Below, one piece after another: positions 11,522 to 20,605 of a stretch of 64,000 nt of DNA (the stretch's first letter is position 1; each line of letters opens with the position of its first letter). This stretch comes from Filomicrobium sp. (GTDB lineage Bacteria; Pseudomonadota; Alphaproteobacteria; Rhizobiales; Hyphomicrobiaceae). The translations under genes and the position numbers were made by a program. The notes under the pieces were generated by a model. It was not told the origin of the DNA, made no database searches, and worked only from the letters and a program-made list of their open reading frames with translations. The stretch lies in assembly GCA_040219445.1 (NCBI GenBank), contig JAVJSM010000003.1, forward strand, positions 821,020-885,019, in the 5' to 3' direction.

Positions 11522-12453
11522 CAGTCCCCGCCCTGGCGCAGCTTCAGACCCAGGTCATAAACGCGTTTGCGGGGAACTTTCAGGGATTCGGATACGGATT
11601 TTGCAGCATCGCGCAGCGACATAGACGGCATGGCATCCTGAAGTGCTTGGGAGATCCTGTCGTCGTCGACCATTTGCGGAGTTGGCGGGGCAATCACTAT
11701 GACGATTTCGCCTTTGATGCTGTCTCGATCAGAGAAATCTTGAGCAAGGCTCGATAGCGTTCCGCGCGCCAATTCCTCATTCAGCTTGGTAAGTTCCCGC
11801 GCGACAGCGGCCGGCCGGTCGCCTAATCCTTCAGCGAGTGCAGCGAGAGTGTCAGCCAAACGGCTTGGGGCTTCGAACAGGATCAATGTTGCCGGTAGCG
11901 CGCTGAGTTCGTCGATGCGGGATTTGCGCGCCGAGGCTTTGTTTGGGAGGAAGCCTGCGAACAAGAAGGTGTCGGTTGGTAGTCCGGAAGTGACCAATGC
12001 GGTGATGGGAGCTGCGGCACCTGGGATGCAGTCGACGGTATGTCCAGCTTCGGCGCAATCGCGGACAAGCTTGTAGCCTGGGTCTGAGATCAACGGGGTT
12101 CCAGCATCCGATATGAGTGCGATACTCCTTTGTTCGGCAAGCGCTGCTAAGATGGCCGGGCGCTCGTGGCTCGCGTTGTGCTCGTGATACGGTTTCAGTT
12201 TGGTTCGGATGCCAAAGTGACTGAGCAGCTTGCCGCTGTGGCGAGTGTCTTCGGCATAGACAACATCGGCGGTCGCCAGGATGGCGAGGGCGCGCAAAGT
12301 GATGTCGGAGAGATTGCCGATAGGCGTCGCGACGAGATGCAACCCGGGGCTATGAGCGCGTTGCAGAGCTTGTGCGAGTTCGCTTGAGACGCGATCCTTA
12401 AGGTGGGTGTGCGGACTGTCCGGGGACGCGGGCAATGGGCTGGTCTTTTCCAA
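11521..12453 (-). CDS. rsmI: 16S rRNA (cytidine1402-2'-O)-methyltransferase.
   Basis: LHLVATPIGNLSDITLRALAIL...YAEDTRHSGKLL tetrapyrrole-methylase fold typical of RsmI. Conserved synteny with yraN and lpoA. Start uncertain (the track uses TTG). Confidence 0.85.
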   Translation of the reverse strand: MEKTSPLPASPDSPHTHLKDRVSSELAQALQRAHSPGLHLVATPIGNLSDITLRALAILATADVVYAEDTRHSGKLLSHFGIRTKLKPYHEHNASHERPAILAALAEQRSIALISDAGTPLISDPGYKLVRDCAEAGHTVDCIPGAAAPITALVTSGLPTDTFLFAGFLPNKASARKSRIDELSALPATLILFEAPSRLADTLAALAEGLGDRPAAVARELTKLNEELARGTLSSLAQDFSDRDSIKGEIVIVIAPPTPQMVDDDRISQALQDAMPSMSLRDAAKSVSESLKVPRKRVYDLGLKLRQGGD

Positions 12454-12805
12454 ATTTTAAATGGGCGATGGCGAATGCAGCGCTTGCTCGATATTGATCT
12501 GTTCGCAGAGGATTGTGAGCTGTTGCACTGGGAGGTTCGAGGGCCCAAGTCCTCAAGGGGCAAATATAACCTGTCTTTTTGGTTTAGCACTTAGCCCCTG
12601 GTCGTGGGCAAATCGGCTGCAAGTGGTCAAATTTGCCAACTAATTGAGTTTTTGGGTGGTCGGACGCTGGCGGTCCATTCAACCCCTATCATAAGATACC
12701 TGCGAATCACTCGCGGGAGGCGGTCGATTGGTTGGCTTGGGGCTGATCTGTTATCGCGTTGTTTTTTCCGGTGTGGTCGGAACTGGTTATGGGGAGCGGG
12801 ACTAC

Positions 12806-14170
12806 TTGGTACTGCGCAATTCTATAAAGGCACTGTTTTGGCTCCTGGCATCTTTGGTGCTCGTGGCAGTGGCTGGTTGCGCGGCCAATTTGGACAGCAT
12901 GCCGTCCGCACCACAGGTCGGTGCCGGTGGACAATCTCCTGCGGTTGCTCCGAAAAAGCGACATCGTCCGGTTACGATTGCTATGTTGCTGCCGCTGAAG
13001 GGCTTCGGTCAGGCGGCGTTGATTGGCAAAGGTCTTAAACAGGCTGGAGAGCTAGCGCTTTTTGAATCCGACAATCCGCGGGTGCAACTTATCGTCAAGC
13101 ACGATGACGGTACTTCGCAGGGTGCGGAGGCGGCTGCCCGGGCGGCCATCGCGGAAGGCGCTGAAATTATCGTCGGCCCATTGTTTGGCCGGTCGGTGGG
13201 GCAGGTGGCAGCTGTCGCCCGGGCTTCAAACGTGCCGGTTTTGACGCTGTCGAATGATCGGTCGGTTGTGACCGGTGGCGTCTACCTGATGAGCTATCTT
13301 CCGCAAGCAGAAGTGGCGCGCATTGTTTCGTTTGCACTTCGCCAGGGTAAGCGGCGATACGCGGCGCTGATTCCGGCTGGAGCCTATGGTGATACGGTTG
13401 CGCAGGCATTCTCTGCGGCGGTGTCGCGCGGTGGCGGGCAGGTGGTGGCGCTGGAGCGTTATGAAGGTGGCGCAAACGCCATGCTGGAGCCGGCCAAGCG
13501 TGTGTTCGATGTGATCAACGAAGCGGCGCAATTGGGTGCGCCCGTTGATGCCTTCTTCCTGCCGGGCAACCGCGAGACTTTGCCCGTGCTCGGGCCGCAG
13601 CTCGCTTATGCCAATCTCGATACGCGGACGACGCAGCTCATAGGTCTTGGTGGCTGGGACTATCCCAATATCGGTCAGAATGCTGTTTTTGTGGGTGGCT
13701 GGTATCCTGGGCCTGATCCGCGTGGCTGGCAGGCGTTCGCTGAGCGTTTTTCGAAGACGTTCGGGCAGTCGCCGCCGCGGGTGGCAAGCCACGCCTACGA
13801 TGCAGTCAAGCTGGCGATTTCATTGTCTGACAGGCCGAAGGGCCAGCGTTATACGCAAGCCAATCTCGCTAACCCGGCGGGTTTTGATGGTGTTGATGGC
13901 CGGTTCGTCTTGCAAGCTGATGGGCTGTCGACGCGGCCGTTGGCTGTTTTGCAGGTTCAGAAATTTGGTGCGACCGTTGTTGAAGCGGCTGTTGCTACGG
14001 GTGTCGAACCGCAGGCAATTGGGTTTTCTGGTGGGATAAGCTCAACTGTGTTTGGCGCCTCGTCCGCGCTGGCAAACGAAGCGCAAAACAACAGGCCTGC
14101 ACCGGGATCGCGCCGCTCGAATACGGATGCGTCTGGCACGATGGATATCGACGGAGCCTCGCGGCTCTAG
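12806..14170 (+). CDS. lpoA: LpoA-like penicillin-binding-protein activator / periplasmic-binding-fold lipoprotein.
   Basis: Divergent from rsmI, as in the E. coli rsmI/lpoA/yraN arrangement. Lipoprotein signal LVLRNSIKALFWLLASLVLVAVAG-C. Leu/Ile/Val-binding-protein-like body. The ORF track starts at 12728 (TTG); start preferred at TTG 12806. Confidence 0.6.
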   Translation: MVLRNSIKALFWLLASLVLVAVAGCAANLDSMPSAPQVGAGGQSPAVAPKKRHRPVTIAMLLPLKGFGQAALIGKGLKQAGELALFESDNPRVQLIVKHDDGTSQGAEAAARAAIAEGAEIIVGPLFGRSVGQVAAVARASNVPVLTLSNDRSVVTGGVYLMSYLPQAEVARIVSFALRQGKRRYAALIPAGAYGDTVAQAFSAAVSRGGGQVVALERYEGGANAMLEPAKRVFDVINEAAQLGAPVDAFFLPGNRETLPVLGPQLAYANLDTRTTQLIGLGGWDYPNIGQNAVFVGGWYPGPDPRGWQAFAERFSKTFGQSPPRVASHAYDAVKLAISLSDRPKGQRYTQANLANPAGFDGVDGRFVLQADGLSTRPLAVLQVQKFGATVVEAAVATGVEPQAIGFSGGISSTVFGASSALANEAQNNRPAPGSRRSNTDASGTMDIDGASRL

Positions 14171-14246
14171 CTGATCATGCTTGCCGCTGCGGGCGTGCGA
14201 AAACCAAAGTTGCTCTCGTTAAAACGCGGGTCCGTCCGCCAACACC

Positions 14247-15953
14247 CTAGGCGTAAACCGCGCCCGGCGCGGTCGCCTCGGTGATGTCTCCGGTGACCGG
14301 CTCAATATCGAATGACAGTCCGAAATCGGCCCGCATATGCAACATCGCTCGCTCTGCAAGCGCGGTGATGGTGAACAGCGGATTGACACCGAGCGAGCGT
14401 GGGATAATCGAGCCATCGATGACGTAGAGGCCAGAGTGGACTGCGGTGGCGTCTGATCCAGCCGAGCGATCGAAGACCTGGCCTTTGTGGTTGACGACAC
14501 CACTTTGGCAGTCCGAACCCATGCCGCAGCCACCAAGCGGATGTGCGGTTGCAGGTTGGTTGCCCATGACCGTTCCAGCCAGTGGGTTCTGGACATAGCT
14601 CCCGCCGAGTTGTCCGGCGATCTTTGACAAGGCTTCACCGAGGCGTTGGTAGACGGGTTCGTCTTTGGCACCTGGCCAGCTGAGCGCAAGCTGATCGCCG
14701 TCGAGGCTGAATGCGCCGGATGCGCTGTCGTGGGAGACCGCGAAGAAAGTCTGCAACCGAGAAAACGGACCGTTATAGACACCGCTGATCAGGCTTTGGA
14801 CGGCACCGAGCAAACGTCCGTTGGGCAAGAACATCACTGGCAGGACCGGGGCGATGGGCGACGGCAAAGCGCCATCCTGGACGGCGAATTGATGATCCAG
14901 ATTGTCCGCATCGTGATGCTCGAGTTGCCCTGTGACGGCGCTGCCGACTTCGAAATTCTCAATCTTTGGTGGATGGCCTATGCCAATGGCGTTGACGGTT
15001 TGATCTCCGCCGTAGCCAAACGCGATGATGTCGCCATTGGCAGAGAACCTTTTGCCGAGTCGCTCGGATACGGCGAGGCCAGACTCAGCTGACCGAAGCA
15101 GGATTTCCGTTGAGCCAAGCGTGCCTGCAGCCAGGATAACGACGTTTGCTTCGATGGTGATCAAAGCGGCTTCGTCTTGTGATTTGCCGGATGATTTATG
15201 GTTGGTCGGCAGGGCTTCAATCTGCCAGCTGCCGTCGCTCCGTTTGACGACGCGGCGCACGCTGATCTCGGTGAAGATTTCGGCACCGTGGCGGGCAGCA
15301 TCCGGCAGGTACGATAAGGCGACGGTATTCTTGGCACCGACGTTGCAGCCTGAGCAGCAGTCACCGCATGAGGTGCAGGCGGTCTGGCGGACGCCCGCCG
15401 GGTTCACGTTGTCCTCGAAGCTTACTGCGACGGGTGTGTCGCGCATGGTGCAATTGGCGGCGTCGGCTGCGCTGGCGACGGCCTGATACTTTGTCATTTC
15501 GCTCGCGCGTGGATGCGTCGAGGGGCGGATCCACTTTTCGGCGTTGGCAAATCCTTTGTCGAGCAGGCCATCTTGACGGATTTGCCCCGGCCAGACTTCG
15601 TCGGCAAAGACACGGTTGTCTGGGCGAAGGGTGACGCCTGCATTAACGAGCGACCCGCCACCCAGGCCACAGCCTGTTAAGACGTGGATGTCTTTGCCCA
15701 GGCGAAGATCGAATAATGCGGTTGGTGAGCCGGAAACCGATGATTTGCTTGTGACGCGCATCTCATTGCGCAGCTCTGGAAAGCGGGAGGGGAATTCGCC
15801 AGTCAGAATTTCGCGGCCGCGCTCAAGGACAGCAACCTTTTTGCCCGCGCGTGCCAACCTGGATGCCGAGACACCCCCGCCGTAACCAGATCCGACGACA
15901 ACGACATCATAATGCGCGCGAAGGTCTTCCAGCGGTCGTGCAAGTCGGCTCAT
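14247..15953 (-). CDS. GMC-family FAD-dependent oxidoreductase (choline dehydrogenase / cholesterol oxidase-like).
   Basis: N-terminal Rossmann motif YDVVVVGSGYGGGVSASRLARAGKKVAVLERG. GMC C-terminal region. Start at ATG (MSRLARPLEDL) rather than the far-upstream TTG 16196. Confidence 0.8.
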   Translation of the reverse strand: MSRLARPLEDLRAHYDVVVVGSGYGGGVSASRLARAGKKVAVLERGREILTGEFPSRFPELRNEMRVTSKSSVSGSPTALFDLRLGKDIHVLTGCGLGGGSLVNAGVTLRPDNRVFADEVWPGQIRQDGLLDKGFANAEKWIRPSTHPRASEMTKYQAVASAADAANCTMRDTPVAVSFEDNVNPAGVRQTACTSCGDCCSGCNVGAKNTVALSYLPDAARHGAEIFTEISVRRVVKRSDGSWQIEALPTNHKSSGKSQDEAALITIEANVVILAAGTLGSTEILLRSAESGLAVSERLGKRFSANGDIIAFGYGGDQTVNAIGIGHPPKIENFEVGSAVTGQLEHHDADNLDHQFAVQDGALPSPIAPVLPVMFLPNGRLLGAVQSLISGVYNGPFSRLQTFFAVSHDSASGAFSLDGDQLALSWPGAKDEPVYQRLGEALSKIAGQLGGSYVQNPLAGTVMGNQPATAHPLGGCGMGSDCQSGVVNHKGQVFDRSAGSDATAVHSGLYVIDGSIIPRSLGVNPLFTITALAERAMLHMRADFGLSFDIEPVTGDITEATAPGAVYA

Positions 15954-16200
15954 TTCGGCTCCCCATCTCACATTGTGCCAAATGCATCCTGATCTCTTAC
16001 CGGCAATGCCGGCAAGCGTCACGGGAGCTGCGACACTGAAATTCGCAAATGTCCTTAAGATCAACGCTTTTGAAATATACTTTCGCCCAATTCCCCCCTT
16101 AGCTCTCCGCCTCCCTTGGGCAACGCCATGTGTTCGGGCTCTGTGAGACCCGTCTAGCGCGCCTCGCTTTGCGGTGCGTGTGTTCTGCAAGTTCAAGGTC

Positions 16201-16275
16201 GAGGCTATAGCTCAGAGGTAGAGCATCTGGGTCAGACCCGGAAGGACGAGGGTTCAAATCCCTTTAGCTTCTCCA
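16201..16275 (+). tRNA. 75-nt class I tRNA gene with encoded CCA and unusual identity. The acceptor stem has G3:U70 (the tRNA-Ala determinant) but the anticodon is CAG (Leu-decoding).
   Basis: Manual fold: acceptor GAGGCTA/TAGCTTC with G3:U70; D arm GCTC-AGAGGTA-GAGC; anticodon arm TCTGG-GTCAGAC-CCGGA; 5-nt variable loop; T arm GAGGG-TTCAAAT-CCCTT; discriminator T then CCA. Confidence 0.6.
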
Positions 16276-16276
16276 C

Positions 16277-16357
16277 GTTCGATGGTCGAACACTGGACTT
16301 TTAATCCAGCTAGCCGAAAGGCTTTCGCAGGTTCGAATCCTGCAATGCGTGTTACCA
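16277..16357 (+). other. tRNA-Sec (selC)-like partial tRNA structure lacking an acceptor stem.
   Basis: 6-bp D-like stem GTTCGA/TCGAAC with a 3-nt loop. Anticodon arm CTGGA-CTTTTAA-TCCAG (the E. coli selC stem is identical; the loop gives anticodon UUU). Long variable arm with GCC-GAAA-GGC. T arm GCAGG-TTCGAAT-CCTGC. No 5' strand pairs with the 3' AATGCGTG. A hairpin follows (ATGCGT...ACGCAT). Confidence 0.35.
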
Positions 16358-16770
16358 AACGCATCTGGTTAGGGGCCAGACCAAAGACTGATGGGAAGCC
16401 GGGCGTTGTGGTCCGGCGAGCTGCGGCAAACGCTTTTGGTTTCGGCCGAAGGTGGGCGCTGCGGTGAGCAGCACGGCTGCCAATATGTGCTGCCGCGGAT
16501 ACCGCTGCGGGACTGTGGCTGGCGCTTCGTGCCCCGGGTCGGTTTGCGCTTCCTTCGGGAAGGCGGTCGGCTCGCAGCGCGCGGCAAAGGTCACAGACCT
16601 GGAGCTTAAGCGGGAGCCCGTGGTCAGTCATGTGGGCTAGGGCGCTCGGCGACCCTTTCGAATGACGCAGCGTGGGCGTCGCAACGGTAGAGAGCACGGT
16701 TGGAGTTCAGGCAGTTCGCTGGTGGCTCCGACCAATATCAAAGGATCGAAATGAAGTAGGAATATGGATC

Positions 16771-17922
16771 ATGTTCGGCATTGGTTTTTTCACAGTAGAC
16801 GTCAAGGATAGCGAACGCGCGTTCTTGTCTCGCAACGGTCGTTTTGAACAATTGCTTGGTCCGGGCCGGTTCCGGACGCTAGATCTTGCCGGGCATTATG
16901 CGGCTGAGATCGTAAACGTTGCGCGTGCCGAAATTCCTGCTGAGCGGGCGTTGATGTTTGAAAAGACGCATCCGAAGCTTGCCGAAGAGAACTTCGTCAT
17001 CGTGCAGACCTCGGCTGAAGAGGTGGCGATTGTTTCTCTCGATGGTGAGCCTGTTCGGTTGGTGCGTCCAAACTCAACGCGCGCGTACTGGAAGACGTTG
17101 ACGCAAGTTGATGTGGAACGCATCGACGCGGCAAGCAACGCACGGTTGACCAACAAGGTTCTCGACCGGTTGGCGGATTTCCAGACCAACTTGTTCAAGG
17201 TCCATGTGATCGAGGAATACGAAGTTGGTTTGTTGTTCATCAACGGTGCGTTTGTTGAGACGCTTAAGCCTGGACGCCATGCCTTCTGGGAAGTCGGCCG
17301 AAAGGTAGAAGTGCGCCGGTTGGATCTCAGGCCGACGCCGCTTGAAGTGACGGCACAGGAGATTTTGACGAAGGACCGCGTTGGTATCCGTGTGACGCTT
17401 ACGGCCTTCTACAAAATCGTATCGCCGCAGAAGGCGGTGATGGGTTCGGGTGACGTTGCCAACACGCTTTACCGGATGGTGCAGTTTGCCATCCGTGAAG
17501 CGGTCGCGACGCGCACGCTCGACGATATCCTTGCCGCACGCGACACGATCGACCGCGAAGTTCGTTCGTTCGTGAGTAAGCGGGCTGAGGATCTTGGTGT
17601 CGAGATCGGTGAAATCGGCGTCAAGGATGTGATCTTGCCCGGCGACGTACGTTCGTTGCTTAACAAGGTCGTTGAGGCGGAGCGGGTTGCGAAGGCAAAC
17701 CTCATTCGCCGTCAGGAAGAAACGGCTGCAACGCGTTCGTTGCTCAACACAGCACGGTTGATGGAAGACAACCCGTTGTTGTTGCGGCTCAAGGAACTCG
17801 AAGCGTTGGAGAAGCTCGTGGAGAAGGTTGGCAAGATTGATTTGCACACCGGCGAAACGGGTGGTTTCGATGCGATGCTTCAGCGCCTCTACAAGTTGGG
17901 TGGCAGCAAAGCAGCTGAGTAA
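16771..17922 (+). CDS. SPFH/band-7 (slipin-like) domain protein.
   Basis: ATG at 16771. N-terminal hydrophobic MFGIGFFTV. SPFH-type core (VTLTAFYKIV...DVILPGDVRSLLNKVVEAERVAKANLIRRQEE). A strong terminator follows. Confidence 0.8.
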   Translation: MFGIGFFTVDVKDSERAFLSRNGRFEQLLGPGRFRTLDLAGHYAAEIVNVARAEIPAERALMFEKTHPKLAEENFVIVQTSAEEVAIVSLDGEPVRLVRPNSTRAYWKTLTQVDVERIDAASNARLTNKVLDRLADFQTNLFKVHVIEEYEVGLLFINGAFVETLKPGRHAFWEVGRKVEVRRLDLRPTPLEVTAQEILTKDRVGIRVTLTAFYKIVSPQKAVMGSGDVANTLYRMVQFAIREAVATRTLDDILAARDTIDREVRSFVSKRAEDLGVEIGEIGVKDVILPGDVRSLLNKVVEAERVAKANLIRRQEETAATRSLLNTARLMEDNPLLLRLKELEALEKLVEKVGKIDLHTGETGGFDAMLQRLYKLGGSKAAE

Positions 17923-17924
17923 GA

Positions 17925-17952
17925 GAGAGGGGGCTTCGGCCCCCTCTTTTTT
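17925..17952 (+). terminator. Rho-independent terminator of the SPFH gene.
   Basis: GAGGGGGC-TTCG-GCCCCCTC stem-loop followed by TTTTTT. Confidence 0.65.
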
Positions 17953-17975
17953 GGTTTCCGCTCGAGGCGGAATAG

Positions 17976-18054
17976 CACCGCCAGCCCGCTCCCCCTCCCG
18001 ACCGCCCATGACAGCATCCTTTTGGGTGGCCGGGAGGGGGAGCGGGCTGGTTCC
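17976..18054. repeat. Large near-perfect inverted repeat (RIME/REP-like extragenic palindrome).
   Basis: CCAGCCCGCTCCCCCTCCCG (17981-18000) is exactly complementary to CGGGAGGGGGAGCGGGCTGG (18031-18050). Flanking bases extend the pairing. The 30-nt spacer is itself partly palindromic. Confidence 0.5.
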
Positions 18055-18236
18055 AGCAACGGCTCCCTCTTTTCATTTTAAGCAGTGTTCACTTCAAGAT
18101 GAGGTCTGGCTGACCAGAGTTTCACCGAGGTGTGAAGGATTTCGTCAAAATCTGATTTGCGGTCGCGCGCGGCAACGTCCTAACTAGTGCGGGCGGGTAG
18201 GACGCACATCGAATGGTCCATAGGAGGCCTAGAGTT

Positions 18237-18554
18237 ATGAAGTACGTATTCGTACCAGTCGTCGGTGCATTGGCTGCGTTTGCATTTGGTGCCCAAGTTT
18301 CGCCCGCTGAAGCTAAGATCCGCTGCCAGGGTGCTTACCAGATCGTGCAAGGAAGTCCGATCGCGACCCCTTATTGCGGCGATAACCATCTTGCGCGTGT
18401 CGCCAAAGGATATGGGTCTAAGGTTTCCGCGCGGCAGATCCGGCAGAACCCATCGACGAAACGCGAGATCTGCCAGTGGATCGGACACGACATTCGCGTG
18501 CAGGATATCTGTGCTGGTTTCCGCAACGATGATGGTGGCTACGGCCGTAACTGA
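18237..18554 (+). CDS. Small secreted cysteine-containing protein of unknown function.
   Basis: AGGAGG Shine-Dalgarno 6 nt before the ATG. Signal peptide MKYVFVPVVGALAAFAFGAQVSPAEA. Four Cys. Followed by a bidirectional hairpin terminator. Confidence 0.55.
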   Translation: MKYVFVPVVGALAAFAFGAQVSPAEAKIRCQGAYQIVQGSPIATPYCGDNHLARVAKGYGSKVSARQIRQNPSTKREICQWIGHDIRVQDICAGFRNDDGGYGRN

Positions 18555-18581
18555 TCACCGATCGTTTGGTTTTCAAATCAA

Positions 18582-18620
18582 AAACGGCCGCCCGAGAGAT
18601 CGAGTGGCCGTTTGTTTTTG
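18582..18620. terminator. Bidirectional hairpin terminator between the small secreted-protein gene and folD.
   Basis: AAACGGCC...GGCCGTTT 8-bp stem with a T-run on the + side and a T-rich tract on the - side. Confidence 0.4.
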
Positions 18621-18643
18621 CGTTGATTAGGTGCGCATAGCGA

Positions 18644-19528
18644 TCAGGCGGTGATTTCGAGACCGCGCTGCATCTGAGCTGCTTGCAGCGTGTTCTTCAG
18701 CAGGCAGGCGATCGTCATCGGGCCGACGCCGCCTGGAACCGGCGTAATGGCACTGGCGACTTCTGCGGCTGGCGCGTAGTCGACGTCGCCTTTGAGTTTG
18801 GCTTTGCCGCCTGGGACTTCGACGCGGTTGATGCCGACATCGATTACGATGGCACCAGGCTTGATCCAGTCGCCCTTGACGAATTCAGCAATGCCGACCG
18901 CGGCTACGACCAAGTCGGCGCCTCTGACGACAGACGCGATATCCTTGGTGCGGCTGTGTGCGACCGTCACGGTGCAGTTCTCGCGAAGGAGCAGCGCGGC
19001 CATCGGTTTGCCAACGATGTTGGAACGTCCGATGACGACGGCGTTCATGCCGGAGAGGTTTTCCTGGACTGACTTGGCCAGGATGAGCGAGCCCGTTGGT
19101 GTGCAAGGCGCTAGCGCAGGTTCACCGACCCACAGGCGGCCGACGTTCACCGGGTGGAAGCCATCAACGTCCTTTGCTGGATCAATGGCATTGAGGACTT
19201 TCTCAGAATTGATGTGTTTTGGAACTGGTAGTTGGACCAAGATACCGTTAACGGCTGGGTCGTTATTCAGTTTGTCGACGAGCGCCAAGAGATCGGCTTC
19301 CGATGTCTCCGCTGGCAGTTTGTGCTCGATCGAGTTCATGCCGACTTCTTTGGTCTGCTGACCTTTGTTACGCACGTAGACTTGGCTTGCTGGATCCTCT
19401 CCAACGAGCACAACTGCGAGTCCTGGCGTGAAACCATGAGCACTTTTCAGTGCTTCAACTTTGGCGGCGAGATCCGCGCGGACCTGTGCGGCGACGGCTT
19501 TTCCGTCGATGACTCGTGCGCTCGACAT
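18644..19528 (-). CDS. folD: Bifunctional methylenetetrahydrofolate dehydrogenase/cyclohydrolase.
   Basis: Typical FolD sequence ([20 protein letters not shown]...[15 protein letters not shown]...[10 protein letters not shown]). ATG preceded by AGGAGGA; the track ORF starts further upstream (19600). Confidence 0.9.
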   Translation of the reverse strand: MSSARVIDGKAVAAQVRADLAAKVEALKSAHGFTPGLAVVLVGEDPASQVYVRNKGQQTKEVGMNSIEHKLPAETSEADLLALVDKLNNDPAVNGILVQLPVPKHINSEKVLNAIDPAKDVDGFHPVNVGRLWVGEPALAPCTPTGSLILAKSVQENLSGMNAVVIGRSNIVGKPMAALLLRENCTVTVAHSRTKDIASVVRGADLVVAAVGIAEFVKGDWIKPGAIVIDVGINRVEVPGGKAKLKGDVDYAPAAEVASAITPVPGGVGPMTIACLLKNTLQAAQMQRGLEITA

Positions 19529-19596
19529 GTTTGATGTTTCCTCCTGCGTTTGTTGTGTGTTTTGCGGCTTTGACTTGCGGCCGAATAATCCAAAAA

Positions 19597-19941
19597 TCAT
19601 TTGCCCTGCCCGAGTACGTTCGTTTTGGCGCGAAGGCTATGTACTAAAGTACCCCCTTCCGCCTGGACATGCAGCAACTTGACGCGTGATTTGGTGCCTG
19701 CGCGAAGGTTAACGCTGGATTTTGGGAGATCGAGCCACTTGGCAATCAGTTTCTCGACGGCGGTATTGGCAGCGCCATTTTCCGGGATTGCGCGGACCTT
19801 GACCTGAAGAGCAGGGCCGTCAGCCGTTTCGCACCAACCAACGATTTTGTCCGTAGAGGCGTTTGGCGTCACGCGGACGCGGAGTGTGACGCCGGTTTCA
19901 GAGATTTGCCAAGGCTCATCAGGCTTACGTGCCGTGAGCAC
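19597..19941 (-). CDS. yggU: DUF167 (YggU-family) protein.
   Basis: 114 aa. [20 protein letters not shown]...[26 protein letters not shown] matches the YggU family. Confidence 0.75.
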   Translation of the reverse strand: MLTARKPDEPWQISETGVTLRVRVTPNASTDKIVGWCETADGPALQVKVRAIPENGAANTAVEKLIAKWLDLPKSSVNLRAGTKSRVKLLHVQAEGGTLVHSLRAKTNVLGQGK

Positions 19942-19943
19942 TC

Positions 19944-20249
19944 TTAAAGGCCCAGCATCAATGGCAATTGCTGGATGATGGGAATGACCAGATACATCAA
20001 GACCAGAAGCAAAACGATCGGTGAAATGTCGACGGACCCGAGGTCTGGGAGAATGCGCCGGATTGGTCGTAGCGCTGGTTCAGTCAGAGCATCAATGGCC
20101 TGATGTATCGATCGAACGGTCGGGTTGTAGGGATTAACCACGCCAAACGCGATCAGCCAGCTGAATATGACGCCCGCGATCACGATGAAGACGTAGACCT
20201 GAATGGCCTGGACCAGGAAGTTCAGAAAGATGATCAGGATATTGCCCAT
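19944..20249 (-). CDS. yggT: YggT-family membrane protein.
   Basis: Two hydrophobic segments and the conserved YggT pattern (IVIAGVIFSWL...NPYNP...LRPIRRILP). Start at ATG MGNIL. Confidence 0.75.
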   Translation of the reverse strand: MGNILIIFLNFLVQAIQVYVFIVIAGVIFSWLIAFGVVNPYNPTVRSIHQAIDALTEPALRPIRRILPDLGSVDISPIVLLLVLMYLVIPIIQQLPLMLGL

Positions 20250-20605
20250 TTCGCCCCGCCTCGCAGTTGGAAGATCAATCGACGTGTAGCGTTGCGTCAA
20301 CGCTTCGGCAAGTGGCGAGGCTCCTTTGTTCCAGGCCTGTATTTGGTGCGACTTGGTGTGTTGGTGCAGTGGATTTGGGTAGTAATGTCTTAATCACCTC
20401 GTCTCGGCGGGAAAAACTGACTGGTGCGGCGAGGAACAACAAGTGTGCAGTGCAAAATCCAAAGCGCAGAGATAAGTATTAATCCCGAATTAAATTAGGA
20501 ATAATTCCCGTATTTTAGGGGGATTTAGTCATGCCTATTGCGGCGCAACAGGCGTGGGTGTAACTCGTTATTATGGTCATTCCAGCACTGATAAGGAGGT
20601 CTTAC

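Noticed and set aside
16277-16770. Two-piece (circularly permuted) alphaproteobacterial tmRNA gene, suggested by the T-arm/acceptor-like segment followed by structured RNA.
   Set aside because: No tag reading frame of the ANDN…(L/V)AA type and no resume-codon context were found downstream. The only nearby frame ends in …GFGRRWALR, unlike proteolysis tags. The T-arm matches selC better than tmRNA.
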